Part shown: positions 41,320-51,094 of the stretch, one piece after another
Position numbering within the stretch: the stretch's first letter is position 1
How the letters are laid out: each line of letters begins with the position of its first letter
NCBI GenBank assembly: GCA_045863295.1
Contig: BTWA01000005.1
Coordinates: 64,001-128,000, forward strand
Direction of reading: 5' to 3'
DNA: 64,000 bases
DNA from: Candidatus Hydrogenedentota bacterium
GTDB lineage: Bacteria; Hydrogenedentota; Hydrogenedentia; Hydrogenedentales; SLHB01
The notes under the pieces: model-generated
What the model saw: only the letters and a program-made list of their open reading frames with translations
Databases searched by the model: none
What the model was told of the DNA's origin: nothing
Program-made: the position numbers and the translations under genes

Positions 41320-42686
41320 AGCGGTTCGTGTTTTTTGGCCTGGCACTCTTTCTTGCATTGCCATTGACAGCCGACGCCCAGGAAGCCGCGCCGACGCTGG
41401 AGGCCGGTGCTGCCAAGCGCAGTATTGTGCCGCCGTTTCCGACGCGCATGGGTGGGTTTTTTGATCGAGTCACGGATTTCGAGGGCGTAAGTTCGCCTAT
41501 TCACGCACGCGCGTTGGTGTGCCGATCGGGCGGCGAGACCGTGGCTGTTGTGACCACTGATTTGGTTGCCGTGTCCAAAGATCTGGTGATTGCATCGCGC
41601 GAGGCGATTCACGGCGAATTGGGGATTCCCACGGAGAACATCCTCATCAGCGCCACCCATAGCCATTCGGGACCCTCGGGCATCGAGCGGCAATTGGAGT
41701 ACCGTGGCGAATTCAACGAGAAGCTGTTCACCTTTCTTCGCGACCAAATAGCGGAGGCCGTGAAGGAGGCGCATGCCGGTCTGACGCCCGCGCACGTGGG
41801 TTTTGCGTACGGCGAACTGGACGGCATCACGCGCAACCGGCAACAAAACAACGATCTGGTGGATCCGCAACTGGGTGTGTTGCGATTAACGGAGACCGAC
41901 GGATATACGACCATTGCAACGTTGATCAATTTCACGGGCCATCCCGTCATTCTGGGCGGCGGAAATCTTCTGCTGTCCAGCGAATATCCGGGTAAGGCGT
42001 CGGACACCGTCGAGGCGGTGTTGGGCGGAATTGCATTGTATACCCAGGGGGCATGCGGCGATGTGACGATGCATCGTCAGGGGGATCCGTTCAAAGAAGT
42101 GGAGCGGCTGGGGACCTTGGTGGCGGGTTGCGTAGTGGAGACTTCCATGCGTATTCGGCCCAAAGCAGATTCGCGCGTATTGTCCCAGTTCGAGGAAGTG
42201 ACTGTGGGCCTTCGCGAGGTTCCGCCGGTACCCGAAGCAGAGGCGCGCTTGGAAGCCGCCAAAGCGGCGGCCGAAAAGGCCAAAGCGGATGGCGCGGACG
42301 AGCGAACCGTTGCAAAATTATTGCGCGCGGCCGACGCGGCGGAAACCACGGCGATGGTGGCAGGTTGGATCGAAAAGAATCCCGATGGTATGCGCGACGC
42401 GGCGAATGCTTCGGCGCACGTGATACAGATTGGACCGATGGTGTCTGTAGGGATACCCGGCGAACTATTTGTAGAGTACGGATTAGAAATGAAGCGACGG
42501 ATACGAGAAACCCTTGATCGGCCGATGATTCTGGTTGGCTATGCAAATGGCTATATTGGTTACATTGTCACTCCGAGGGCCGTGTTTACCGGAGGATACG
42601 AACAGGCGGTCGCGCGCGTGGATCAACACGCGGGACGATTGTTGACGGAAGCAGCCATGGAAGCGGCGGCAAATCTTGTTCGATAA
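41316..42686 (+). CDS. Neutral/alkaline ceramidase-like exported protein
   Basis: Signal peptide; ISATHSHSGP, NFTGHP, SSEYPG, QGACGD, PGELF, GYANGYIGY. Confidence 0.85.
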   Translation: MKRFVFFGLALFLALPLTADAQEAAPTLEAGAAKRSIVPPFPTRMGGFFDRVTDFEGVSSPIHARALVCRSGGETVAVVTTDLVAVSKDLVIASREAIHGELGIPTENILISATHSHSGPSGIERQLEYRGEFNEKLFTFLRDQIAEAVKEAHAGLTPAHVGFAYGELDGITRNRQQNNDLVDPQLGVLRLTETDGYTTIATLINFTGHPVILGGGNLLLSSEYPGKASDTVEAVLGGIALYTQGACGDVTMHRQGDPFKEVERLGTLVAGCVVETSMRIRPKADSRVLSQFEEVTVGLREVPPVPEAEARLEAAKAAAEKAKADGADERTVAKLLRAADAAETTAMVAGWIEKNPDGMRDAANASAHVIQIGPMVSVGIPGELFVEYGLEMKRRIRETLDRPMILVGYANGYIGYIVTPRAVFTGGYEQAVARVDQHAGRLLTEAAMEAAANLVR

Positions 42687-42726
42687 CCGTTGCCATACGC
42701 GTTCGCGGGTTCATGGGTGACGCGGG

Positions 42727-43518
42727 ATGTCCATGGACGTATTAACCCCCTACCTTTTTTCCGGGGCGCTCATGATTGCCGTCGCCGCCTGCGTATTAAT
42801 TGGGTGGCGTTTCGGCACCGGCGCGGCATGGCGATGGTTTGCATTGGGCGCGCTGACGTGGTTTGTTGCGATGCTGGGCAAAGTGGTCAGCGCTTGGATT
42901 TTTCATCCGTTGTTGCTTCCCATACTATCCGAGAACCTCTCTTATGCCTTCTACATGGTGGCCGGGTCCATTTATATCGGTGCGCTTACGGGCGTGTTCG
43001 AAGTAGGATTTGTGTGGGTGTTGGGCAGGCTTATTCCCAACGCCTTTCGACATCGATCTGCCGCCATTGCCGTCGGAGTCGGCGCGGGCGCGGTCGAGGC
43101 ATTTCTGTTGGGTGCCGGCATGGTGCTGGGGTACGCGGCATCCCTGGGTTCTGAGCAGGTGCATTCTCAACTTTCGGCGATGCTTCACGGATCGTACGAA
43201 TTGAATCCCGTAGGTTGGGCCATTGCGCCGGTGGAGCGTGTATTGGCAATTGCCTGTCATGTTGGATCCCGGGCGCTGGTATTTTACGGTCTCGCTACGG
43301 GACGCGGCCGTTATTTCTGGTGGGGCTTTTTGCTGCTCACCGCCATTGATGTCGTTGCCGGTTACGTCCATCTCAGCGGATTCATGCAGTTGCATTCGAC
43401 TTGGTGGGTGGAGCTTGCCTTATTGCCGTTCGCGCTGGTTTCCATTGTCATCACTCGCGCGCTCTACGCCACCTGGCCCTCGCCGTCCGTCAGCGCCACC
43501 GAACGCACCGGAGCTTGA
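42727..43518 (+). CDS. YhfC/PrsW-like intramembrane protease-family protein
   Basis: Multi-TM; GVFE, GVGAGAVEA, ERVLAIACH motifs. Confidence 0.75.
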   Translation: MSMDVLTPYLFSGALMIAVAACVLIGWRFGTGAAWRWFALGALTWFVAMLGKVVSAWIFHPLLLPILSENLSYAFYMVAGSIYIGALTGVFEVGFVWVLGRLIPNAFRHRSAAIAVGVGAGAVEAFLLGAGMVLGYAASLGSEQVHSQLSAMLHGSYELNPVGWAIAPVERVLAIACHVGSRALVFYGLATGRGRYFWWGFLLLTAIDVVAGYVHLSGFMQLHSTWWVELALLPFALVSIVITRALYATWPSPSVSATERTGA

Positions 43519-43519
43519 T

Positions 43520-45139
43520 TCACCGCGATACCGGCGCCACGATGGGTGTTCGACTCACGGTAAATTCGCGGTTGCGCTCACCGAGATACACAAACGGCGA
43601 ACTGGCTTTTCGAAATGCACTTGCCGCCAGGGGCGACGTTTCAACGACATCCGCCAGGAACGGCGCAGCTAAGTAATATGCGCTCACGATGCCTTGCCCC
43701 ATCGCAGTCGGCTGCAACGTCTGGTCGCGGAAACTACGCAGGGCCTCAATTGCGCCAGGGTAATCCTTGAATGCCTTTTCCGCGGGGCAGATGCCGGTGT
43801 CCGTTCCGGGTCCCGGACCCGGATTGGTACCCTTCACATAATTCTGAATGGTCGGGTAAAAATCGCGAAACGAGGTGTAGTAATCTTCGTTGAAACGGGT
43901 ATCGGTGCAACTGTGCGTAGGGCCGTTGCTGAGTGTGCCTGTGATGCGATAGGCGGACGCGACCAGCAGCAATGGACTTCCCGACGACCCTCCTTCCGTT
44001 ACGCCGTTGTTCCAGTCCACATACGTCTGTTTTACAAACCCGGAGGAAGCCTGGTTGATGGCTTTTACCTGGCCATACGAAATGCGCATGTATTCGCCGC
44101 GCGGGAAGTGAATGCCTACAAGGTTTTCATTGACGACCGGGGCGCGCGTTTCCCAACCCAAATAGGCACGCCCCAAGGGGCCGCCGGGGACTTGATCGAG
44201 CCGCATCAACGTGAGGTCCAAGGTGCTGCTTGTGCCCAGCACGGACACACCGTTGCTTCGAGGCAGCGAAGAAAAAGACGGAGGATCGTTTGCGTTGCAA
44301 CTTGACGTTCGAAAGTCCCAGAGGATGTCCACTTGATTTGCATTGGCGTAACTGGGCACGCAATGCCACGACGTGAGATAGTAGGGCTCGTTTTCCGCCG
44401 TATCCGGATTATTGATGAGCGCGCCTGAGCACAGCGCACTGTCGAAATTACCGCTCGGGATAACCATCACGCCCACGCCGGTGGACAGGTTCTGGACCGT
44501 GGAATTGGACTCGCAATTCACGTCGATGTTGCACGACAGGGCCGCTTTGAGTTCGGCCGCCGATCGGAAGAAATGCGATACGCCCTGGAGTTCAATGGCT
44601 GGAGGGGTGTTGCCGGGTGTGCGCGCGACCAGCAACGCTGTATCGCCCTCGGTTGTGGGGAGCCAGTTGCCTTCGGGGATGCTGTCCTCTTGCGTATACG
44701 GTCCGAATGCACGTCCTCCCACGGTGTCGACCACATAGATCTCCTCGCCCTCGGCAAGTTGAGACAAGTCGACGATGAGGCGGAGTGCCGTGGCATCTGC
44801 CGAAACGATGGCGGCCAAGAAGACCGTGTATTCCTGGTCTTGGAAACTCGAGCCGAAGAGCGGGATGCCGGACATGTCCGCGGCGAATCCGGCGCCGACG
44901 CGCAGGACTTTTCGGTCGGTTTCAAAGGATTTCAGGGCTTCGTTCTTTCCCAGGTATGGCGCGAACGCGTGCACTTGATCGACCTGGGTTAGATAATTCT
45001 GTACGGTTTCCAACGGTAATGCGCTTAATGTGTCAAGCGATTTGGCCGCGACGGGCGCCTGATACGCGTAATCTGCGAATTGGCCGGCTTGCGCGTAGGC
45101 CGTAGATGCGATAAGTATTGCTAAACCCAGTTGGCGCAA
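43520..45139 (-). CDS. Secreted trypsin-like (lysyl endopeptidase-type) protease with CFI-box-CTERM-like tail, paralog 1
   Basis: CSGALINN, LTSWHC, DLTLMRL, EGGSSGSPL triad; LRSFRD...G...V..YY tail; TTG start after AAGGAG. Confidence 0.88.
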   Translation of the reverse strand: MRQLGLAILIASTAYAQAGQFADYAYQAPVAAKSLDTLSALPLETVQNYLTQVDQVHAFAPYLGKNEALKSFETDRKVLRVGAGFAADMSGIPLFGSSFQDQEYTVFLAAIVSADATALRLIVDLSQLAEGEEIYVVDTVGGRAFGPYTQEDSIPEGNWLPTTEGDTALLVARTPGNTPPAIELQGVSHFFRSAAELKAALSCNIDVNCESNSTVQNLSTGVGVMVIPSGNFDSALCSGALINNPDTAENEPYYLTSWHCVPSYANANQVDILWDFRTSSCNANDPPSFSSLPRSNGVSVLGTSSTLDLTLMRLDQVPGGPLGRAYLGWETRAPVVNENLVGIHFPRGEYMRISYGQVKAINQASSGFVKQTYVDWNNGVTEGGSSGSPLLLVASAYRITGTLSNGPTHSCTDTRFNEDYYTSFRDFYPTIQNYVKGTNPGPGPGTDTGICPAEKAFKDYPGAIEALRSFRDQTLQPTAMGQGIVSAYYLAAPFLADVVETSPLAASAFRKASSPFVYLGERNREFTVSRTPIVAPVSR

Positions 45140-45143
45140 TGGA

Positions 45144-46853
45144 TTACTCCTTTGTGGGCGCTTCGAGTCCGCTTTGCGCGGGCAAAGTTGGGTTCATTGT
45201 ACCATGTATAGACCTTGTACCGGCCTGGCTTTGGCCTGTTACATCCATTCGATTTCCCCATTCCGCTACGGGAAGCGCGATCGCCGTGAACGCGTTTCGT
45301 GCCACACCCGGTGTCGCTACCCAGCGGGCCATCTCCGGTGCGACTTTGTAGTATCCGTTTACCACGACGCGACCCGCAGCGTATTTGTTCAAACCCAAAT
45401 CCCTGAACGAGCGCAGTCCTGCCAGGATACCCGGATTGTCTTTGAACAGGAGTGCCGCGGGACACAGGGGTTGTACCGGATTCCAGCTTGCACAATAGCC
45501 GTGGGGCACGGAGTCGGGCTGAGGCGGGGTGGTGCCGCTGAGGAATCCGGATGCCTGTAACGCGAAATCCGGCACTGAGCCCAGCCAGTCGTCATTGTAT
45601 GTGGTAACCGTACAGGACATGTCCGGTCCGTTGCTCGTTACGCCTACGATGCGGTAATCCTTGCCGGGCAGCAGCACAGGCGATCCGGACGAGCCTTGTT
45701 CGGTAGTGCCGTTTGTGTAGTTGACGTGGATTTGCTGGACGAAGCAATCGGAGAATTCGTTGGTGCCTCGAACGGTTCCATAGGTGATTCGCATGTGCGA
45801 CCCGTTGGGGTGATGAATTGCGAGAACCGCCTCGCCTATTGACGGTGTTTCGGCCACCCATCCGAGATAGGCCCGGCCCAGCGAACCCACAGGCACGGAC
45901 GACAACCGCATGAGGGTTACGTCGAGGCTTGCGTTGGAAGAGAGGACGACTTCACCGTCACTTCGAGGCAGGCTTGCCAAGCCGGGCGGATCGTCCAATC
46001 CGCATCCCGAGGCGCGATAGTCCCATATAATGTCCACCTGGCCGGGAAAGAGGTAGTCGGGCACGCAATGCCATGCAGTGAGGAAATACGGTTCAAATGC
46101 TTGCGTGTCCGGATTGTTGATCAACGCGCCCGAGCATACCGTGCTGTCCAGCGTGGTGCCGCCGGACGTGACCATCAATCCGATACCAGTGGAGACTTGT
46201 TGCGCCATCGAGTCGTTGTCGCATGCGATGTTGTTGTGACAGGGCAACAATTTCAACGTGTCCGAAAGCGGCCGAAAGAAGTGGGACAATCCCAGGATCT
46301 CGAACGACGGAAGCGATTGTGTCGATCCGGTTGCGATAATAATTGCGGTGTCGCCTTGGATTGTGGGGGTCCAGCGGCCTCCCTCGACGGCGTCGGATTT
46401 TGTAAACGGTCCGAAGGCGCGTGGGCCGGTAGGATCTACCACGTAGATTTCCTCGCCCTGGTTGAGGGTGGATAAATCCAGGAACAAGCGCATGCCTTCG
46501 GCGTCGGCGGATTGAAGCGCGGCCGAACGAAAATAGACCGGGCCATCCCATTTGCCTTCGCCGAACAAATCGGCGGACAGGATATGTAGAGGCAATCCGC
46601 GCCCCACTTGATGAACGCCGGACGGTTCTGTTTCGGTTTCCAGCAGGGCGTTTTTGCCTTGGAAAGAAGTTATCACGTGGACGGCATCCACGTAGTTCAG
46701 ATAGGTTTGCAGCGTCCCGTCGGCAATCGATTTGGGGCCAGGCTGGACGTTGAGCGGAGAGTCCGGGGGGATGAATGCATGGGGAGCGGACATTTGGGCA
46801 CAAAGGTTCGCACATACAAAGGCGGCCGACACGACAATTGACGAAACGCGCAT
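45144..46853 (-). CDS. Secreted trypsin-like (lysyl endopeptidase-type) protease, paralog 2
   Basis: CSGALINN, LTAWHC, DVTLMRL, EQGSSGSPV; same tail. Confidence 0.88.
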   Translation of the reverse strand: MRVSSIVVSAAFVCANLCAQMSAPHAFIPPDSPLNVQPGPKSIADGTLQTYLNYVDAVHVITSFQGKNALLETETEPSGVHQVGRGLPLHILSADLFGEGKWDGPVYFRSAALQSADAEGMRLFLDLSTLNQGEEIYVVDPTGPRAFGPFTKSDAVEGGRWTPTIQGDTAIIIATGSTQSLPSFEILGLSHFFRPLSDTLKLLPCHNNIACDNDSMAQQVSTGIGLMVTSGGTTLDSTVCSGALINNPDTQAFEPYFLTAWHCVPDYLFPGQVDIIWDYRASGCGLDDPPGLASLPRSDGEVVLSSNASLDVTLMRLSSVPVGSLGRAYLGWVAETPSIGEAVLAIHHPNGSHMRITYGTVRGTNEFSDCFVQQIHVNYTNGTTEQGSSGSPVLLPGKDYRIVGVTSNGPDMSCTVTTYNDDWLGSVPDFALQASGFLSGTTPPQPDSVPHGYCASWNPVQPLCPAALLFKDNPGILAGLRSFRDLGLNKYAAGRVVVNGYYKVAPEMARWVATPGVARNAFTAIALPVAEWGNRMDVTGQSQAGTRSIHGTMNPTLPAQSGLEAPTKE

Positions 46854-46913
46854 AGTCCCGCTACCTGTTTGAAAACAGCACACCCCAACCCCGCGTTGCG
46901 CGTGTACTATACT

Positions 46914-47477
46914 CTATGCAGTCAATTCTGTTACCTGCAAACGCGGGGCCGGACCTTTTACGTCGAGAGCACCTTTCCAGAGTTCGCCGTAGTGCAATTC
47001 AATCCTATTCGCGAGCGCATCGAGGTCCAGTCCCAGGCGTTGTTCTTCGGTTAAGATTCCCGAAGCTTTCACGGTCGCGATCCTGTCCATGGCTCGTTTG
47101 CTGTGAATGCGGGCACCGCGATCGCTACCCAAGTGAGCCTTAAGTTGGGCCGCACTGTTGAAGATTAGCGCTTGCAGCAGGTAACGGTCGGTGGAGCCCT
47201 CGCGAGTGCGTTGCCAGAGGTTCTCCCAGGCTTCATGCGCTTCCCAGAAATAGCCGTTGTGGTACAAGTCGATTCCCCAGAGGTAGTCTATGCAATCGCG
47301 CCAGGGATGCAGCGGCAGGGGTGTGAGATGTGCGCCGCGCGAATGCCCCCGCGGATGTCCCGTCGGGTGCGGATTCAGACCCGGCACAAACCGGTAGGGT
47401 GGAAACGCCCGGTCTGGCGCGAGACGCGGGGCGTTTGGCCAGACCGGTTCCGGCTCGCATTTTGGCGGCAAACTCAT
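46914..47477 (-). CDS. DUF309-domain protein
   Basis: GIDLYHNGYFWEAHEAWENLW...LQALI signature; ATG after GGGAGA. Confidence 0.85.
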   Translation of the reverse strand: MSLPPKCEPEPVWPNAPRLAPDRAFPPYRFVPGLNPHPTGHPRGHSRGAHLTPLPLHPWRDCIDYLWGIDLYHNGYFWEAHEAWENLWQRTREGSTDRYLLQALIFNSAAQLKAHLGSDRGARIHSKRAMDRIATVKASGILTEEQRLGLDLDALANRIELHYGELWKGALDVKGPAPRLQVTELTA

Positions 47478-47519
47478 CGTGAGTTCTCCCAGGCGGTTCA
47501 TCCTGCTACCATGCTGCCG

Positions 47520-48461
47520 ATGAGTGACCGCGAATACAATTTGATTGTGGTATTGGGACCCACGGCATCCGGCAAAACCCGGCTTGCAGTAGAGCTTGCG
47601 CGAACGTTTGGGGGGGAAATCATTTCCGCCGACTCGCGGCAGGTGTACCGTGGATTGGATATTGGAGCCGGGAAAGACCTGAGCCTATACGGCGCCGGGC
47701 CGAATGCCGTGCGATACCACCTGATCGACGTGGCCGGACTGGAAGAAGAGTACAGCGTATTCCGGTTCCAGCGGGACTGTTTTGGCACACTTGCTGATTT
47801 ATTCTCACGAGGAGTTGTTCCAATTGTCGCTGGCGGCACGGGACTTTACCTCGACGCGGTGCTGAGCCGGTACCGTATGGTTGACGTACCGGAGAACGCC
47901 GAATTGCGGCGGGAAATGGCCGCCTTGTCCGATGAGGCTTTGCGCGCGCGCTTGAGCCGGTTAAAGCCTGACATGCACAACAGCACCGACATTACCGAGC
48001 GATCGCGTCTTGTCCGGGCGGTCGAGATTGCGGAATACAGCCGGATTCACGAGCCCGAACCGGCGCCGCGTTTCAAGGCCATACTATTGGGCGCGCGTTG
48101 GCCGCGCGAGGATCTTCGACAACTGATAGGCGAGCGCTTGAAGCATCGGCTGGAGCATGGATTGATTGACGAGGTGAGCGGACTGATCCGGCAAGGGGTG
48201 CCTCGCGAAAAGCTGCAATTTCTCGGGCTGGAATACCGTTATGTCGAAGACTACCTCTCGGGCCGAATCGCCAGCAAACAAGCGTTGCATCAGCAGCTTC
48301 ACGTTGCAATCGGCCAATTCGCCAAGCGACAGGAGACCTGGTTTCGCCGCATGGAGCGCCAAGGGCATGTGATTCACTGGATAGCGCGGGGCGATGCCAA
48401 GACGGCGGTTGGGATCCTCGCCGCACACGGTTTCAGGCCGCGCGAAACGTCTTTCCAATGA
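47520..48461 (+). CDS. miaA: tRNA dimethylallyltransferase
   Basis: GPTASGKT, SADSRQVY, GGTGLY, AKRQETWF. Confidence 0.93.
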   Translation: MSDREYNLIVVLGPTASGKTRLAVELARTFGGEIISADSRQVYRGLDIGAGKDLSLYGAGPNAVRYHLIDVAGLEEEYSVFRFQRDCFGTLADLFSRGVVPIVAGGTGLYLDAVLSRYRMVDVPENAELRREMAALSDEALRARLSRLKPDMHNSTDITERSRLVRAVEIAEYSRIHEPEPAPRFKAILLGARWPREDLRQLIGERLKHRLEHGLIDEVSGLIRQGVPREKLQFLGLEYRYVEDYLSGRIASKQALHQQLHVAIGQFAKRQETWFRRMERQGHVIHWIARGDAKTAVGILAAHGFRPRETSFQ

Positions 48462-49774
48462 CGAAAGATGCCCGATCGCTTATTCACCGGTATTTGAAGA
48501 ATCACGGGAGCTGCGGCGAGTGGCCCATGAGCAACGTGAATACTTTGGATGCCGACACCGTTGTTGTGATTCCCGCGTACAACGAGCGCAACACGCTGCC
48601 GCGCACATTGAAAAGCCTGGCAGACAATCCGGCGCATTTTCTTTGCAAGACTCTTGTGTTGTGCGTGGTGAACAACCGTGCCCCGGACCGCACGCCGGCG
48701 TCGGTGCTTCATTCCAATCAAGATACCTTGGAATTTTTGCGCGACGTAGCCGGCAATCCAAATTCTCCAGTGCGGGTTAGCTTTGTCGACGCTTCCTCGC
48801 CGGGCCGTGAACTGCCTGCAAAGGGGGGCGTCGGGCTTGCCCGCAAGATTGGCATGGACTGGGCGCTGCACATTCTTGCGGAGGCGGAGCAAGACCGCGC
48901 CACGATTGTCTGCCTTGACGCCGACACGCAGGTAGACAGAGATTACCTGCCGGCCATCCACGCGTGGAGGCGCGGTAGAGACGCATGGGGCGCGGTGCTG
49001 CGTTATGCGCATCCAATGGAAGAGGACGAAAAACTAAACTGGGGCATCACGCAGTACGAATTGTTTCTGCGGTATCATGTACTTGGATTGCGCTATGCCC
49101 GATCACCGTATGCCTTTCACACGGTGGGGTCTTGCATGGCCTGTACCGCGCAGGCCTACGCCGTGGTTCGTGGAATGAGCAAGCTTCAAGCCGGCGAGGA
49201 TTTCTACTTTCTGGAGAAGCTGGCGAAGACGGGTCCGATTCACGGCATTGAAGACACCGTAGTGCAACCGTCGCCGCGCCCTTCCGACCGGGTTCCGTTT
49301 GGCACGGGGGCTCGCATGCAGCAGTTTCTGGAGCAGCCGGAGGAGACGTATACGGTCTATCGTCCGGAATGTTATCGCGTGGTGCGCGCATGGATAGCGG
49401 CCGTCCAGCCGGATGCTACGGATTTGGAATTGATCCATCTCGCGGAACGTATTCATCCTGCGTTGCGCGCGTTTCTGGAGCAGGTGCAATTCTCGCTGGT
49501 CTGGCAGCGGATACAGTCGAATGCCGCGGATGACCGGACGATTATGGGTCAATATCATCGTTGGTTCGGGGCGTTTATGACGCTAAAGCTGATTCACCAT
49601 TTGCGTGACACTGTTTTTGCGCCGGTCCCATTGGAAGAGGCGCTCCAGTATGCGGAATGGGTTCCTTCGGGATGGTTTGGCATGAGCGCGGCGCTGGCAC
49701 GCGTGCGGGAGGTTGACATTATGAAGGAGCCCTCAGGGCTGGGGCGTGGCGCGCGAAATGGATTCCCCGAATAG
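48458..49774 (+). CDS. GT2-family glycosyltransferase
   Basis: VVIPAYNE, GVGLARKIGMD, LDAD, AGEDFYFL; ATGA overlap with miaA. Confidence 0.85.
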   Translation: MTKDARSLIHRYLKNHGSCGEWPMSNVNTLDADTVVVIPAYNERNTLPRTLKSLADNPAHFLCKTLVLCVVNNRAPDRTPASVLHSNQDTLEFLRDVAGNPNSPVRVSFVDASSPGRELPAKGGVGLARKIGMDWALHILAEAEQDRATIVCLDADTQVDRDYLPAIHAWRRGRDAWGAVLRYAHPMEEDEKLNWGITQYELFLRYHVLGLRYARSPYAFHTVGSCMACTAQAYAVVRGMSKLQAGEDFYFLEKLAKTGPIHGIEDTVVQPSPRPSDRVPFGTGARMQQFLEQPEETYTVYRPECYRVVRAWIAAVQPDATDLELIHLAERIHPALRAFLEQVQFSLVWQRIQSNAADDRTIMGQYHRWFGAFMTLKLIHHLRDTVFAPVPLEEALQYAEWVPSGWFGMSAALARVREVDIMKEPSGLGRGARNGFPE

Positions 49775-49782
49775 CCGCTATC

Positions 49783-50106
49783 TTACCTTCGCACCTTCTT
49801 TATCATTGCATAGGCTTCGTTGACTGCCCGCATCATGTCTTCATCGCCGCCAAGATCGGGGTGGAATTGTTTGGCTTTCCGGCGGTATGCCTTCTCTATT
49901 TCTTCCCAGGCCGACGTGGGGGAGACGCCCAGGATGCGGTAGCACAGCTCCAGATCGGATTTGCCGGTTGCGGGGGCTTGTTGCTGCGGCGCTTCGCCCC
50001 GGAACTCGCGTAGTGCGCGGATGAACGGGGTCCACAGGCCGGTGATCACGAGAAACAGGATCAGTCCGACGACCATCAGCAATTCCTGAAAACCAACGTT
50101 GAGCAC
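49783..50106 (-). CDS. Membrane-anchored J-domain protein with TatA/B-like N-terminus
   Basis: YRILGV...AYRRKAKQFHPDLGG...VNEAY (HPD motif); GTG start after GAGGGG. Confidence 0.88.
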   Translation of the reverse strand: MLNVGFQELLMVVGLILFLVITGLWTPFIRALREFRGEAPQQQAPATGKSDLELCYRILGVSPTSAWEEIEKAYRRKAKQFHPDLGGDEDMMRAVNEAYAMIKKVRR

Positions 50107-50122
50107 GGATCCCCTCGCGCTG

Positions 50123-50896
50123 CTATTTGCGGCGGCCCTTTTGTTCGAATTTAAAGATATTGTCGACGGCCTCTCCGAGGCGCTCCAAGCCGTCTTTCGG
50201 CTTCACTTCATTTTGCAGGCGCTTTTCCTGCCAGTCGCGCAGTTTTGGCACGGCTTTCATATACAGAAAGCCTGCCGCCATGCCGCCGAGGTGTGCCGGC
50301 ACAGACACGCCTTTCGTATCGCCGCTCATGAAGACATTCATGAACAGGATAATGACCACCAGAAACCACGCCTTTATGGGCACTGGAAATGGGAAGATGA
50401 ACACTTCGCGATGTGGATAGGCCACCGCAAAGGCCACCATAATCCCCGAGACCGCGCCGCTGGCGCCGACGATAGAGACGGCGTTTGCGCGCAGCACGGC
50501 CCATGCAATGGCCGCGGCGGCGCCGCCGAGGCCGCAGAAGACATAGAAGCGGTAGAATTTGCGCGTGCTTAGAATTCGTTCCACATCGGGGCCGAAGAAA
50601 AACAACACCAGCATGTTGCCGAACAGATGCATCAGCCCGTCGTGCAAGAAGAGATACGTGATTGGCTGCCAGATCCACCCCTGCAACACGAGATGGGGCT
50701 GGAGTGCAAACCATTGGGTCACCAACGACGCCGAGGGAGCCAGCGAGTTGCCGAGTTTGAACCCGAAAGGGATCAAGATCAGCAGTTGCAGGCTGAACGT
50801 GAGCGTGGTCAGCAATATCAGCCTCTGAACCGCACGTGTAATGCGGTTCTGTTGCGAATACTGCCGCCATTCAAATTGGTAATACGCGTTGCTCAT
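50123..50896 (-). CDS. Rhomboid intramembrane serine protease
   Basis: WQPITYLFLH, HLFGNM, GASGA, AHLGG. Confidence 0.95.
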   Translation of the reverse strand: MSNAYYQFEWRQYSQQNRITRAVQRLILLTTLTFSLQLLILIPFGFKLGNSLAPSASLVTQWFALQPHLVLQGWIWQPITYLFLHDGLMHLFGNMLVLFFFGPDVERILSTRKFYRFYVFCGLGGAAAAIAWAVLRANAVSIVGASGAVSGIMVAFAVAYPHREVFIFPFPVPIKAWFLVVIILFMNVFMSGDTKGVSVPAHLGGMAAGFLYMKAVPKLRDWQEKRLQNEVKPKDGLERLGEAVDNIFKFEQKGRRK

Positions 50897-51094
50897 ACAA
50901 TCCTGTTGGCGAGCCGCCCCGAATTCTCAGTAATGCAGCCCGCCCGCCTTGGCGAACCGTAATCATAGCATGAACAGGGAGATGCCGCATCCCTGCGCAC
51001 GATCCGTGGAAACGGCACCCCGGGATTCGTTACTTCCACATTCAGTGGAATGGGCGACTCTTGCGGGGGTGGCCAAGGTACGGCGAGCATTCGC

